Shown: positions 23,148-24,000 of the stretch, in pieces | Position numbering within the stretch: the stretch's first letter is position 1 | How the letters are laid out: each line of letters starts with the position of its first letter | DNA from: Algihabitans sp. | GTDB taxonomy: Bacteria; Pseudomonadota; Alphaproteobacteria; Kiloniellales; DSM-21159 | Reading direction: 5' to 3' | Assembly: GCF_965226985.1 (NCBI RefSeq) | Contig: NZ_OZ245712.1 | Coordinates: 915,261-939,260, forward strand | Length of the DNA stretch: 24,000 nucleotides | Program-made: the position numbers and the translations under genes | Notes under the pieces: generated by a model | Databases searched by the model: none | Seen by the model: the letters and a program-made list of their open reading frames with translations, nothing else | What the model was told of the DNA's origin: nothing

Positions 23148-24000
23148 CTATGTACGTTGCAGCTCGCGTCTTTGGATCAGCCGCTGAATGCGGGCCTGGG
23201 TTTGCGGTCCGATCGGGAAGCCCGCCACGGTCCAGATGCTGGCGAGCTTGAAGGCGACGGGGAGCAGGGCGTAGAGCGCGGCGAGGGCGAAGAGTGCGGA
23301 GGCGTCGTTGACCTCGGCCTGCGGATCGAAGCCGAAGAGATCGAGCAGCGGGAAGGCCAGCCCGGCCGCGAGCGCCAGCGAAAGCTTGTTGGCCATGCCC
23401 CAGAGCGCAAAGTACAGCCCGGCGCGCTGCCGCCGCGACTTGAGCCGGTCGAGATCGATCACATCCGCCTGCATGGAGGAGGGAAGCGCCTGATCGGCGC
23501 CCAGACTGACACCGCTGAGCACGGTGATCAGCAGAAACCACCAGACGTCGCCTTCACCGAGGAAGGGAACCCAGACGAACACCAGACAGGCCCAGACGAT
23601 CGAGAAGATCCAGGTCCGGTGCTTTCCGAAGCGGTAGGAAAGACGCAACCAGATCGGAACGGCGGCCACCGCGCTGAGGAAGTAGGTCAACAGCAGCACC
23701 GCCTGCCAGACCTCGCTTTCCGGGCGCAGAACGTGACCGATGAAAAGCAGGAAAAGGCTTGCCGGCAGGCCGTTGGCCACGCCGTTCAGGAAGTAGGCGC
23801 CGATCAGGCGGCCGAAGGGTTTGTTGCCGACCAGTAGGCGAAATCCCTGGCGCAAGCTGAAGCTGCCGGTTGCCCGCCGCGCCGGAGCGTCCGGGACGCG
23901 CCACAGCGCTAACGCCACGAAGAGCGGCAGAGTCAATGTGAAGCCCCAGGCGATCAGCCGCATTGTCTCGCCGACGTCGCCTCGGGTCACCATCAGCAGC
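23148..24000 (-). CDS. MFS transporter (GPH/sugar-cation symporter-like), N-terminus outside the window
   Basis: The frame stays open to nt 24000 (..LLMVTRGD..). The visible 280+ aa are polytopic and hydrophobic, with a central loop (PARRATGSFSLRQGFRLLVGNKPFGRL) typical of GPH-type MFS proteins. Confidence 0.85.
   Translation of the reverse strand, partial: LLMVTRGDVGETMRLIAWGFTLTLPLFVALALWRVPDAPARRATGSFSLRQGFRLLVGNKPFGRLIGAYFLNGVANGLPASLFLLFIGHVLRPESEVWQAVLLLTYFLSAVAAVPIWLRLSYRFGKHRTWIFSIVWACLVFVWVPFLGEGDVWWFLLITVLSGVSLGADQALPSSMQADVIDLDRLKSRRQRAGLYFALWGMANKLSLALAAGLAFPLLDLFGFDPQAEVNDASALFALAALYALLPVAFKLASIWTVAGFPIGPQTQARIQRLIQRRELQRT

Overview
GC-rich bacterial chromosomal window. Third codon positions are overwhelmingly G/C, which also produces many long spurious antisense ORFs. 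Protein motifs (Zur with ESLNAFVAC, PhrB/CryB-type Fe-S photolyase, PhoX, HspQ) suggest an alphaproteobacterium-like host; this is inference only. I call 24 protein-coding genes. I recognise no rRNA, tRNA, CRISPR array, transposase or integrase. Gene order, left to right: (1) partial type III PKS with an overlapping ICMT-type membrane methyltransferase; (2) ppa; (3) an atypical LuxR-type response regulator; (4) on the minus strand, a Tat-signal Cys-motif miniprotein translationally coupled to zur; (5) a small ORF plus hspQ; (6) a divergent MFS/TetR pair with three operator-like repeats; (7) a ThDP-dependent 2-keto-acid decarboxylase of the indole/phenylpyruvate type; (8) Tat-exported PhoX; (9) a minus-strand block with a TDO-like dioxygenase ATGA-coupled to an amidase, then a Tat-exported Ser-type molybdopterin S/N-oxide reductase followed by a Tat-signal rubredoxin; (10) a divergent MetX-like alpha/beta hydrolase; (11) a tight four-gene operon (secreted protein, Fe-S (6-4) photolyase/cryptochrome, SDR, NTF2-like) preceded by three tandem copies of a 16-bp repeat; (12) an orphan soluble GAF histidine kinase behind an AT-rich leader; (13) a DUF3833 lipoprotein plus a partial GPH-type MFS transporter. 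The most unusual observations are three. First, an apparently periplasmic (Tat) rubredoxin is paired with a periplasmic molybdoenzyme, with no TorC/DorC-type cytochrome in the window. Second, the TDO-like/amidase pair has an apparently altered distal pocket. Third, a Tat-exported CxxCxC miniprotein is co-translated with zur. Nothing here resembles a classical defence island or mobile element.
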